64,000 nucleotides of DNA from an uncultured delta proteobacterium (lineage in GTDB: Bacteria; Desulfobacterota; RBG-13-43-22): assembly GCA_963843145.1 (NCBI GenBank), contig CAWJJC010000020.1, forward strand, positions 288,001 through 352,000. Reading direction: 5' to 3'. Below the pieces are notes generated by a model, which made no database searches, was not told the origin of the DNA, and saw only the letters and a list, made by a program, of their open reading frames with translations. This document shows, in pieces, positions 54,197 to 64,000 of the stretch. A program made the translations under genes and the position numbers. Within the stretch, counting starts at the first letter, position 1, and each line of letters starts with the position of its first letter.

Positions 54197-57100
54197 TTGA
54201 CTGAAGATACCCCCCTTTATAACAGCCGCATCTTGAAAACCTACATTGATTATCTCCGCAAATATTATCCCGATATCTCCATCAGCGAGTTGCTTGATTA
54301 TGCCGGGATTACCGTTTTTGAAATGGAGGATGGGGGGCATTGGTTTACCCAAACCCAATTGGATCGATTTCACGAAACCCTTAAACAAAAAACCAACAAC
54401 CCTAATATCTCCCGAGAAGTAGGAAGGTATACCTACTCCTCTGAAGCCTTCGGCTTCATCCGGCAATATGCAATGGGGTTCCTTAACGCACCCCTGGCCT
54501 ATTCCCTGATAGAAAAATATGCCGAAAATGTTACCAAGGCCACCGAGTTTAAAAGCAGCCGGATCGGCCCCCAAACCGTTGAATTTTTGGCGATTTCCAA
54601 GCCGGGCATCAAAGAAAGTTCTTACACATGCGAAAATCGATTAGGGATGTTGGAGGCCATTTCCAAGTTTTACACCAGACAATTCGCTGCCATTGATCAC
54701 CCGAATGCATTCACCAGGGGGGCGAGTGCTGCCGGTACATTATATCCCTTAAAACCTCATCCGCCCAAAAGTGGAAAATCTTAAGTCGCTATCTGTTTCT
54801 TGGAAGCGCCTTGTTCGCCGTCGGTTCTTTTTTAATCTTTTCCTCCAACGCTTTGGGCTGAACTATTATTTTTCCCAACCCTTTTAAACCTGGGGGTATT
54901 TCTATACACTAAGGCACTTGGAAAATAAAGATCTTCTGGCGGCCATAACCTCCCAAAGTCAGGATGCTCAACAGGCTTTGGAGCAGGTTAATTTTCGATA
55001 CAACGGAGCACTCCTTATCCAGGAAATTGGCCAGGCCATCTCCATGATCCTGGATATCGACGGGCTGCTTAAATATATCATGGAGGCCCTGGAAAAACGA
55101 CTGGACTTTAACCGCGGCATGATCATGATGGCGGACAAGGGGAAAAAACGCCTGACCTTTTCGGTCGGCTACGGATATTCCCTTAAAGAAAATGATTACT
55201 TAAGCAAGTTGTCCTTCCGTCTTGATAATCCCCAATCCAAAGGGGTGGCCGTATTAACCTTTAAAGAGCAAAAACCTTTCTTAATCGATGACGTTTCCAA
55301 GATCCAACAGGATATCTCTCCAAAAAGTTTGGAATTTGTTTACCGCATGGAGACCCGCTCCTTCATCAGCGTGCCCATTGTCTACAAGGGGGAATCACTG
55401 GGGATCCTGCTGGTGGATAACCCCAAATCGGGACGCAAATTAAACCAAAGCGACTTGAATCTCCTTTTGGGCATTGCTCCCCAGATCGCCATCAGCATCA
55501 ATAACGCCATTTCTTATAAAAAAATACAGGAGAGCGAAGAACGGTTTCGTTCGCTTAGTTCCAACTCGCCGGATATCATTTATACGATTGGAATCGACGG
55601 GGCCTTCACCTATGTCAACCCGGCCTGGGAAAGGATCTTGGGCCACCGGACGGAGGAAGTGATCGGCCGTTTTTTTACTGATTTTGCCAAGCCGGAGGAG
55701 ATCCCGCAGTATAAAAAGATCTTTAAAGAAATCCGAGATCAGAAGAAAACGATCCGGGATTTGACCGGGACCATCCTCCATCAAAACGGCAGTGAGCGCT
55801 ATTTCAGCCTCAGCGGTGCGCCCAACCTGGATGACGAGGGAAAGGTAACCGGCGTGGTGGGGACTTTTAATGATATCACCGACCGGCAATTGGCCGAAGA
55901 GGCCCTTCAGTACCGCGTGGAACTGGAAAAACTGATTACCTCCATCTCCACCCATTTTATCAACTTGGCCTCCGAGGATATCAATCCGGAAATCAGCCTG
56001 GCCTTGAAACAGATCGGGAGCTTCGCCCGAACGGATCGCAGCTTTATTTTCCGATTTATCGATTCCGGCAGCCGGGTCGAGAAGACCCATCTTTGGTGTG
56101 CCGAAGGCCTCGCTGACGCCCAAGACATATTGACGGAGTTCTCTCTGCCGGACCTCCCCTGGTTCTATAATAAAATGAAGCGGCAAGAAGTGGTTTCGAT
56201 CCCCGATGTCGCTCAGTTACCCCCGGAAGCCGGGGCGGAAAGAAAGGCCTTTTCATCCCGGGGCCTTAAATCCCTCCTCTGCGTCCCCATGGTCTATGGC
56301 GGAAACCTGATCGGATTCCTGGGTTTTGATTCGGCCGGCGAGAAAAGAGACTGGTCCAAGGAAATCGTAACTCTATTAACCATCGTCGGAGAAATTTTCG
56401 CCCATGCCCTGGAACGGCTGTGGGTGGAAGAGGAAAAAAAGAAGTTAGAAGAACAGTTGCGGCAATCCCAAAAAATGGAGGCCATCGGCCGGTTGGCCGG
56501 GGGAGTGGCCCACGACTTTAATAACATGCTGACCGGGATCATTGGCTATGCCGACCTCATTCTATTAAGCTTAAACCGGGACCACCCGCTGATCGGCAAG
56601 GTGGAGGAAATCAAAAAAGCCGGAAAGAGGGCCGCCTCTTTGACCCAACAACTGCTGGCTTTCAGCCGGAAACAAATGCTGCAACCCAAGGTTTTGGATT
56701 TAAATCTGGTAGTGAATGATCTAAAAAAGATGCTCCAACGCCTGATCGGGGAAGATATTGAACTGGAAACCCATTTGGAATCCAGCCTTTTTCGGGTTAA
56801 GGTAGATCCGAATCAAATGGGCCAAGTCTTGATGAATCTGGTCGTAAATGCCCGGGATGCTATGGTCCGGGGCGGGAAAATAACGATTGAAACGGCTAAT
56901 GTCGTCTTAGATCAGGCCTATGCCCGCAAAAAAGGAGTCAGTCTGCAACCCGGTCCTTATGTTCTGCTGGAAGTCAGGGATACAGGCACCGGGATGGACC
57001 TGGAAACCAGATCCCACTTATTTGAACCTTTTTTTACCACCAAGGAGTTAGGGAAAGGAACCGGCTTGGGTTTATCCACGGTTTACGGGATCATTAAGCA

Positions 57101-57665
57101 AAGTGGGGGCTATATCTGGGTAGACAGCCAGCCGGATTGCGGAACGTCGTTTCAAATATTTTTGCCCCAGGCCGAGGGGAAATCGGACCTCAAGGAAAGC
57201 GATCCCCATTCACCGAATCTGCTTCAAGGTTCGGAAACCATTCTAATTGTGGAAGATAATGAATTGGTCCGCAACCTGACCAGCGAGGCCCTAAAGCAAT
57301 ATGGGTATACGGTCATCGAAGCTCCCGGTGGTGAACCCGCCTTAAAAATTACCCAGGAATACGGGGAGAAAATCGACCTTCTGCTGACCGATGTGGTCAT
57401 GCCGGGTCTAAACGGCCGTGAGTTGGCCGATAAAATCCTTTCTTTCAGACCGGGCATCAAGGTCCTTTATATGTCCGGCTACTCGAATAATGCTATCGTC
57501 CAACATGGAGTTCTTACTCCGGGCTTAGCTTTCATCGAGAAACCCTTTTCGCCGGAGACCTTAGCCGAAAAAGTTCGCCAAGTGTTAGTTGCTTCTCCTC
57601 CCCTTAAGAATCCTCCCCCAACAGCACTTGGGACGACGGCCTCCACGAGCCTGCTTATTGTCTGA
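54197..57665 (+). CDS. hybrid sensor histidine kinase (V4R-like - TM - GAF - PAS - GAF - HisKA - HATPase - REC), frameshifts ~54703 and ~54860-54900
   Basis: CENRLGMLEA...DHP(E)CIHQGGECCRY after shift; LAGGVAHDFNN, MNLVVNARDAM, DTGTGM, FFTTK..GKGTGLGL, LLLTDVVMPG. Confidence 0.85.
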
Positions 57666-57825
57666 AAAGGGAAATCCCCCGGCGGCCAGACCAAATGAGC
57701 GAGGATATCCACCCAAAGGGGGAGGCGACATTTTTAAAATTGACAGGCTTTCTCAACTTTGGTTACATGAATCGAAGAAGGTGTCTCCCCCTTCATCTGA
57801 AAGGTAAGAAACAAGGTTTGATTCA

Positions 57826-58746
57826 ATGAAGTATGTTTTTGGACCGGTCCCCTCTCGCCGACTGGGCTTTTCTCTGGGGGTTGACCTCCTGCCCTATAAA
57901 ACCTGTTCTTTTGACTGCATTTATTGCGAATTAGGTCCAACCACCTGCCGAACTCTGGCACCCGAGGACCTAATTCCACCGGAGGCCGTTTTAGCCGAAC
58001 TGGATGACTTTCTGGCCACCACGGATCAAAAGATCGACTATCTGACCATTTCCGGTTCCGGGGAACCCACGCTTCATCCCGAACTGGGGCACCTGATCCA
58101 GGCGATTAAAAAAAAATACGCCTACCCCCTGGCCCTGATTACCAACGGGTCCCTTTTTTTTAACCCCCTCGTTTTGGAACGGGTCAAAGCAGCCGATCTG
58201 ATCATCCCCTCTCTGGACACCGTTGATCCCGAGGCCTTTCAGGTGATCAATCGGCCTCATCCCGAACTACGGCTCGAGGCCATCATCGAAGGGCTAATCC
58301 TTTTAGGTCAACTCCCGGGCCCCCGAATCTGGCTGGAAGTTCTGTTTTTGCGTGGCTTGAATGATCAACCGGCTCAAATCGAAGCCCTGTCCCGGACCAT
58401 TGAAAAAATAAACCCGGAAAAAATCCAGATAAACACCGTAGTTCGACCGCCGGTGGAGGCCTTCGCCCAGGCATTGGATTACCGGGCACTGGAAGCCATC
58501 CGGGGGATAATGGGACCCCGGGCGGAAATCATCGCTCCAACCACGGTAAAGGCGGATTTTCAAAATGAAATGCTGGAATCCGAGATCTTGGGCCTGCTAG
58601 CCAGGAGGCCCTCCACGGCAGAGGACCTCTCCCGTCTGACCGGGATTTCCCGGCAACAGACCTTGGAGCTGTTGAATCGTTTATTGGACCAGCAAAAGAT
58701 CGCTCGCGAAGCTTTTAACCAGAATGATTTTTTTCTCAGGCGTTAG
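57826..58746 (+). CDS. radical SAM Fe-S oxidoreductase (COG0731-like)
   Basis: VFGPVPSRRLGFSLGVDL, CSFDCIYC, SGSGEPTL, ITNGS. Confidence 0.88.
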   Translation: MKYVFGPVPSRRLGFSLGVDLLPYKTCSFDCIYCELGPTTCRTLAPEDLIPPEAVLAELDDFLATTDQKIDYLTISGSGEPTLHPELGHLIQAIKKKYAYPLALITNGSLFFNPLVLERVKAADLIIPSLDTVDPEAFQVINRPHPELRLEAIIEGLILLGQLPGPRIWLEVLFLRGLNDQPAQIEALSRTIEKINPEKIQINTVVRPPVEAFAQALDYRALEAIRGIMGPRAEIIAPTTVKADFQNEMLESEILGLLARRPSTAEDLSRLTGISRQQTLELLNRLLDQQKIAREAFNQNDFFLRR

Positions 58747-58772
58747 CCTGAGCCTTATTTTTGGAGGATTAG

Positions 58773-61700
58773 ATGGTGGAAGGGTATTATTTGGGAATGG
58801 ATATTGGTTCAGTCAGCGCCAACACCGTTATCCTTTCCGGGAGCAATCAGGTAGTCAAAGAAGATTACCAGCGGACCAAAGGCCAGCCTCTGGAAACGGC
58901 GCTGTCCGTCTTAAAGGAATTTTTTCAGGAATTCCCCGCTGAAAACTGTCGATCCCTAACGCTGACCGGTACCGCCGGTAAGCTGGTGGCCAAAATCCTG
59001 AAAGTTCCCCTGGTGAATGAAATCATTGCCCAGGCCCGGGCGGTCGATTTTTTTTATCCCCAGGTTCGCACCATTATTGAAATGGGCGGGGAGGATTCCA
59101 AACTGATCCTCCTGGCCGAAGAGGCCTCCGGAAACCTGGCGATTCAAGATTTTGCCATGAACACCCTGTGTGCGGCCGGCACCGGTTCCTTCCTGGATCA
59201 ACAGGCCCATCGTCTGGGCTTGACCATCGAAGAATTCAGCGCCCTGGCCTTAAAGTCCGCGGTTCCGCCTCGTATTGCCGGACGCTGCACGGTTTTTGCT
59301 AAAACCGATATGATCCACTTGCAACAGGAGGCCACACCCGATTATGACATCATCGCCGGGTTGTGCTTTGCCGTGGCCAGGAACCTGAAAAGCAATATCG
59401 CCAAAGGAAAAAAATTCATTAAACCGGTAGCCTTCATGGGCGGGGTGGCCGCCAATCTGGGGGTCCGCCGGGCCTTCACCGAAGTCTTAGGGCTGGAACA
59501 GGGGGAGCTGGTCATTCCGGAACACTTCTTTTCCATGGGGGCCATCGGGGCCTCTCTGGTCACTCGGGAGGATCCCCAATTTAGTTTCCAGTTCTCCGGC
59601 CTGGCCCCCCTGGAAGAATATATCCGAACCTATTCTCCGGAAGCCGGTCGCTTAAGTCCGCTGACCCTGAGGCCGGATTACCAGCAACCCTTTTCCACCC
59701 AGCCCTTCCCGGAACCCTCGGTCGGAGAAAAAATCGAAGCCTACCTGGGAATTGATGTCGGGTCCATCAGCACCAACGTGGTGGTCATCGACCGGGAGAT
59801 GCGGGTCCTGTCCAAACAATATTTAATGACCGCCGGCAGGCCGTTGGAGGCCATACGCCAGGGATTGGCCGCGGCCGGGGCCGAAGTGGGCGATCGGGTG
59901 GTCATCCGGGGGGCCGGGACTACAGGTTCCGGAAGATACTTGACCGGAGACTTTATCGGAGCCGACATCGTCCGCAATGAGATTACCGCCCAGGCCACCG
60001 CCGCCGCCGCCATAGATCCGGAGGTGGACACCATCTTTGAGATCGGAGGCCAGGACTCCAAATATATCAGCCTGGAAAACGGGGCCATCGTGGACTTTAT
60101 GATGAACAAGGTCTGTGCGGCCGGAACCGGTTCCTTTCTGGAAGAGCAGGCCGAAAAGTTGGGCATTTCGATTCGCGGGGAATTCGGCGATTTGGCCCTG
60201 TCTTCCCAGGAACCTATCCGCCTGGGCGAACGGTGTACGGTTTTTATGGAATCCGACCTGGTGCATCATCAACAACGGGGGATGGACCAGTCCGACCTGG
60301 TGGCCGGCTTGAGTTATTCCATCGTGCAAAATTATTTGAACAAGGTCGTGGAAGACCGGCGTATTGGCCGGCGCATTTTTTATCAGGGGGCTACCGCCTC
60401 CAATAAAGGCATCGTCGCCGCCTTTGAAAAAGTGGTGGGGAAACCGATCATCGTCCCGGAGCATAATGACGTTACCGGGGCCATCGGGGTGGCCATCCTG
60501 GCCCTGCGGGAACGGACCTGGACGGAAAGCGGCTTCAAGGGTTTCGACCTGGCCCAGAGCCGCTATGAGATTTCCTCCTTTGAATGCCGGAGTTGCCCCA
60601 ACCAGTGCGAAGTTAAAAAGGTGACCATTGAAGGCGAACGGCCGTTGTTTTACGGCAGCCGCTGCGACAAATATGATCTGGACAGCAAGAAACCAGCCAC
60701 CACCAAAGCCCTGCCCGACCTTTTTGCCGAGCGGGAAGAATGGCTGGTCGGTCGGCCTGAAGACTGCAACCCCGGCGGGAAAAGGGGAAAAATCGGGATA
60801 CCTCGGACCATGTTTTTCCGGGAACTATTGCCTTTCTTCCGGACCTTCCTGACCGAATTGGGCTTTGAAGTGGTGATCTCCGGTCCGACCAACAAATCCA
60901 TTATCCACCATGGCGTGGAAGTCATGGCCGCTGAGACCTGCCTGCCGATCAAGGTGGCCCACGGCCATATTCTGGAATTGATCCAGCAGGGGGTGAACCG
61001 TATTTTTCTGCCCAGCATCATCGACTTGAAAGCGAAGAACCAGGAAAATGACCAGGGAGTGGTTTGCCCCTATGCCCAAACCCTGCCTTACACGGTACCG
61101 GCCAGCATTAACCTCGCCGCTCTGGGCGTGCAGCTTTTCCAGCCGGTTCTGTATCTCGGCCGGGGGGATAAGGCCTTGCAAAAAGGCCTGGTCAAGCTGG
61201 CCCGGGACCTGAAAGTCAGTCCCTTTCTGGTGCCCATCGCCCTGGAGAAGGCCCTGGCGGCCCAGGAAGCCTTCTATGCCCAACTGTTGAATCGGGGACG
61301 GGAAGTTCTGCAAGACCTGGGACCCGAGGAAATCGCCATGGTCGTGGTCAGCCGCCCCTACAACGGTTTTGACCCCGGAATCAATTTGAATATCCCCAAA
61401 AAATTGCGGGACTTGGGAATCCTGGCCATTCCCATGGACTTCTTTCCCCTGGATTCCCCCGTCGATCCGGAAGAATCCCGCCATCATTACTGGCGTTTCG
61501 GACAGAAAATTTTGGGGGCCGCCGATGTTTTGCTCCACAACCCGAACCTTTACGGGATCTACATCACCAATTTCAGTTGCGGACCCGACTCCTTTATCCT
61601 CCATTTCTTTCGAAACATCTTAAAAGGAAAGCCTTATCTGGAAATTGAAATCGATGAGCACAGCGCCGATGCCGGCGTGGTAACCCGACTGGAGGCCTTC

Positions 61701-62984
61701 CTGGACAGTCTGAAAAACACCCGGGGCCGGAAACTCCCGGAAGCGGCGCCGACCAAGGTCTCCCGGATCCCCGGCGGCAACAGCCGAAAAATCTATATCC
61801 CGCCCATGACCGACCAATCCCTGGCCGTGGCCGCCGCCTTCCGGGCCTGCGGGGTGGAAGCCGAAGTCCTGCCCGACTCCGACCAGGAGACGCTGGTTCT
61901 CGGCCGAAAGCTCACTTCGGGCAAAGAGTGCTATCCTTGCATCTTAACCACCGGGGATATGGCCAAAATGGTCCAGCGGTCGGATTTCAATGCTAAAAAA
62001 GCCTCCTTTTTCATGCCTTCCGGGACCGGCCCCTGCCGCTTCGGCCAATATCACCGCTTCCACCGCCTGGTTCTGGATGAGCTGGGTTACCCCGAGGTAC
62101 CCATCTACGCGCCGGACCAGAGCGAGACCCTCTATCAGGAACTGGGTATGGTGGGCGGCAGCGACTTTACCCGGCTGGCCTGGCAGGGAATTGTGGCGGT
62201 CGACCTGCTGGAGAAAAAGCTACGGGAAACCCGCCCCTATGAAGCCCGCCCGGGTGAAGCCGGGGAGGTCTACCAGCACTTCTTGGGAAAAATGGCCAAA
62301 ACCATCACCGCCCGGGGCGACTTGACGGCCGTGCTGCGGTCGGCCCGACAGACCTTTGAAAACGTGCCGGTCAACGACCCCGGTTCGAGGCCGGTTATCG
62401 GCGTGGTGGGAGAAATTTACACCCGGGCCAACAAGTTCTCGAATGAAAACGTAGTGCTCGGCATAGAAGCCTTGGGGGGTGAGGCCTGGCTCCCCCCTAT
62501 TTCCGAGTGGATTCTCTATACCAACTACACCGCCATCTGGCGGGCCATCCGTTTAAGGAAATTTTCCAGCCTGATTGAAGTGCTGCTTACCCATCGGGTC
62601 CAGACCAAACTGGAGCATGAGCTGGAAAGCACTTTTCGGGGATCCCTGCGCAATTACGGGGAGCCGTCCATCAGTCTGACCCTCAAAAGGGCGAAACCCT
62701 ACCTGGATTCCTCCTTTGAGGGCGAGGCGGTCTTAAGTATCGGCAAGGCTACGGACTACGTCTTAAAAGGCGCCTCGGGGTTAGTCAACATCATGCCTTT
62801 TACCTGCATGCCCGGAACCATTGTCAACGCCCTGCTCAAGCGGTATCGGGAAGACCACCAAAACATCCCCTTCCTGAACCTGTCTTATGACGGGCAGGAG
62901 CAGACCAATACCCAAACCCGCCTGGAGGCCTTTATGTATCAGGTCCAACAGCACCGAAATCGCTCAGGTAACGGAGAAATTTAA
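58773..62984 (+). CDS. acyl-CoA dehydratase activase-like protein (2x BadF/BadG/BcrA/BcrD ATPase + DUF2229)
   Basis: GMDIGSVS...EMGGEDSK...MNTLCAAGTGSFL twice; ETCLPIK, NFSCGPDSF, EIDEHS, PFTCMP. Confidence 0.9.
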   Translation: MVEGYYLGMDIGSVSANTVILSGSNQVVKEDYQRTKGQPLETALSVLKEFFQEFPAENCRSLTLTGTAGKLVAKILKVPLVNEIIAQARAVDFFYPQVRTIIEMGGEDSKLILLAEEASGNLAIQDFAMNTLCAAGTGSFLDQQAHRLGLTIEEFSALALKSAVPPRIAGRCTVFAKTDMIHLQQEATPDYDIIAGLCFAVARNLKSNIAKGKKFIKPVAFMGGVAANLGVRRAFTEVLGLEQGELVIPEHFFSMGAIGASLVTREDPQFSFQFSGLAPLEEYIRTYSPEAGRLSPLTLRPDYQQPFSTQPFPEPSVGEKIEAYLGIDVGSISTNVVVIDREMRVLSKQYLMTAGRPLEAIRQGLAAAGAEVGDRVVIRGAGTTGSGRYLTGDFIGADIVRNEITAQATAAAAIDPEVDTIFEIGGQDSKYISLENGAIVDFMMNKVCAAGTGSFLEEQAEKLGISIRGEFGDLALSSQEPIRLGERCTVFMESDLVHHQQRGMDQSDLVAGLSYSIVQNYLNKVVEDRRIGRRIFYQGATASNKGIVAAFEKVVGKPIIVPEHNDVTGAIGVAILALRERTWTESGFKGFDLAQSRYEISSFECRSCPNQCEVKKVTIEGERPLFYGSRCDKYDLDSKKPATTKALPDLFAEREEWLVGRPEDCNPGGKRGKIGIPRTMFFRELLPFFRTFLTELGFEVVISGPTNKSIIHHGVEVMAAETCLPIKVAHGHILELIQQGVNRIFLPSIIDLKAKNQENDQGVVCPYAQTLPYTVPASINLAALGVQLFQPVLYLGRGDKALQKGLVKLARDLKVSPFLVPIALEKALAAQEAFYAQLLNRGREVLQDLGPEEIAMVVVSRPYNGFDPGINLNIPKKLRDLGILAIPMDFFPLDSPVDPEESRHHYWRFGQKILGAADVLLHNPNLYGIYITNFSCGPDSFILHFFRNILKGKPYLEIEIDEHSADAGVVTRLEAFLDSLKNTRGRKLPEAAPTKVSRIPGGNSRKIYIPPMTDQSLAVAAAFRACGVEAEVLPDSDQETLVLGRKLTSGKECYPCILTTGDMAKMVQRSDFNAKKASFFMPSGTGPCRFGQYHRFHRLVLDELGYPEVPIYAPDQSETLYQELGMVGGSDFTRLAWQGIVAVDLLEKKLRETRPYEARPGEAGEVYQHFLGKMAKTITARGDLTAVLRSARQTFENVPVNDPGSRPVIGVVGEIYTRANKFSNENVVLGIEALGGEAWLPPISEWILYTNYTAIWRAIRLRKFSSLIEVLLTHRVQTKLEHELESTFRGSLRNYGEPSISLTLKRAKPYLDSSFEGEAVLSIGKATDYVLKGASGLVNIMPFTCMPGTIVNALLKRYREDHQNIPFLNLSYDGQEQTNTQTRLEAFMYQVQQHRNRSGNGEI

Positions 62985-64000
62985 TGGCCCCGGTAAAAAA
63001 GTTACTGATCAACGCCATCGACCCGGAGGAATATCGGGTAGCCCTGATCGAAGACGGGCTCCTGGAGGAATTTTATATTGAAACCACCGCCAAGGAGCAG
63101 ATTCGAGGAAATATTTATAAAGGGGTAGTAGCTCATGTAGAACCGGCCTTTCAGGCGGCCTTTATCGATTACGGGGGCGAAAAAAACGGGTTCCTCCAGG
63201 CCGATGAGATCCATTCCGATTATTTCCAGCAGGCCGTAGAATCCGGCGGATCAGACAACAAGCACCATCTCTCGATTCAGAAAATGGTCAGCCGGGGCCA
63301 GGAGATATTGGTCCAGGTCACCAAGGAGGAGACGGGCAAAAAGGGCGTGGCCCTGACCACCTACCTCTCTCTGGCAGGCAATTTTCTGGTTTTAACCCCC
63401 GGAGAACCCATGGTCGGCATTTCCCGAAAAATCGAGGCCGAAGAGGAGCGGGCCCGTTTGAAGGAGATCATGACCCAATTGAAGATCCCCGAAGGGATCG
63501 GTTGCATTGTCCGGACCTCGGGAAACGGAAAGACCAAACGGGAATTGTCCAAAAACCTGGAAAACCTTTTGCGGCTCTGGGAAGAAATCCGAAACCGGGC
63601 CATTGAACAACCGGCGCCGTCCCTGATCTACAAGGAAATCGATCTGGCCATCCGCAGTGTTCGAGATCACTTTTCTCCGGACATCCAGGAAGTCCTGATC
63701 GATAACAAAGAAATTTACAAACAGGTCTGGGATTTTTTGAAAATCATCAACCCTAAATACGGCAGCCGGGTGAAACTGTATAAGGAAACCCGTCCGATTT
63801 TTTCCAAGCACCAGATTGAAAATCAAATCGAGACCATCTTTCAAAACAGGGTAAATCTAAAGTCCGGCGGCCAGATCGTCATCGACCCCACCGAGGCCCT
63901 GGTCGCGGTGGATGTCAACTCCGGCCGCTCGGTGAAGGAACGGCAGATTGAGGAAACCGCCTTCAAAACCAATATGGAAGCGGCCGAGGAGATCGCCCGC
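62984..64000 (+). CDS. ribonuclease E/G family, runs off the window end
   Basis: Manual translation: MAPVKKLLINAIDPEEYRVAL...GNIYKGVVAHVEPAFQAAFIDYGGEKNGFL...LVQVTKEETGKKG...TEALVAVDVNSGRS. Confidence 0.92.
   Translation, partial: MAPVKKLLINAIDPEEYRVALIEDGLLEEFYIETTAKEQIRGNIYKGVVAHVEPAFQAAFIDYGGEKNGFLQADEIHSDYFQQAVESGGSDNKHHLSIQKMVSRGQEILVQVTKEETGKKGVALTTYLSLAGNFLVLTPGEPMVGISRKIEAEEERARLKEIMTQLKIPEGIGCIVRTSGNGKTKRELSKNLENLLRLWEEIRNRAIEQPAPSLIYKEIDLAIRSVRDHFSPDIQEVLIDNKEIYKQVWDFLKIINPKYGSRVKLYKETRPIFSKHQIENQIETIFQNRVNLKSGGQIVIDPTEALVAVDVNSGRSVKERQIEETAFKTNMEAAEEIAR

Overview
The gene content suggests an anaerobic deltaproteobacterium-like organism (Desulfobacterota-type; inferred, not tested). 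1-17.7 kb is a decaying accessory patchwork: alpha/beta hydrolases, PilZ, ketopantoate reductase, crotonase, a Tat-exported PaoABC-like Mo-hydroxylase, AlkA, PflX-like radical SAM, an MFS transporter and several gene stubs. 17.8-51.8 kb is a large nitrogen island: TorF-like porin, degenerate PII, GAF-type sigma54 activator, nifH-I1-I2-D-K-E-N-B-fdx (Mo nitrogenase), two amtB-glnK pairs, glnB-glnD-glnA-glnE, mvhD-metV-metF and a three-gene split glutamate synthase. 51.8-64 kb holds radical SAM genes, a hybrid sensor kinase, a CoA-dehydratase activase and rne/rng. The main unexplained signal is a shared promoter architecture. Four sigma54 promoters carry tandem TAC-N6-GTA-like boxes, an IHF-like site and -24/-12 at near-identical spacing, and nifH has a variant. 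This suggests one AnfA/VnfA-like activator, possibly with a pseudo-PII partner, controls the whole nitrogen regulon. Also notable are a glutamate synthase with one degenerate FMN paralogue beside MvhD-MetVF, a 24-bp perfect inverted repeat in front of it, and a remnant of a lost second glutamine synthetase. Several single-base frameshifts may be assembly errors. Family names come from motif recognition, not database searches.
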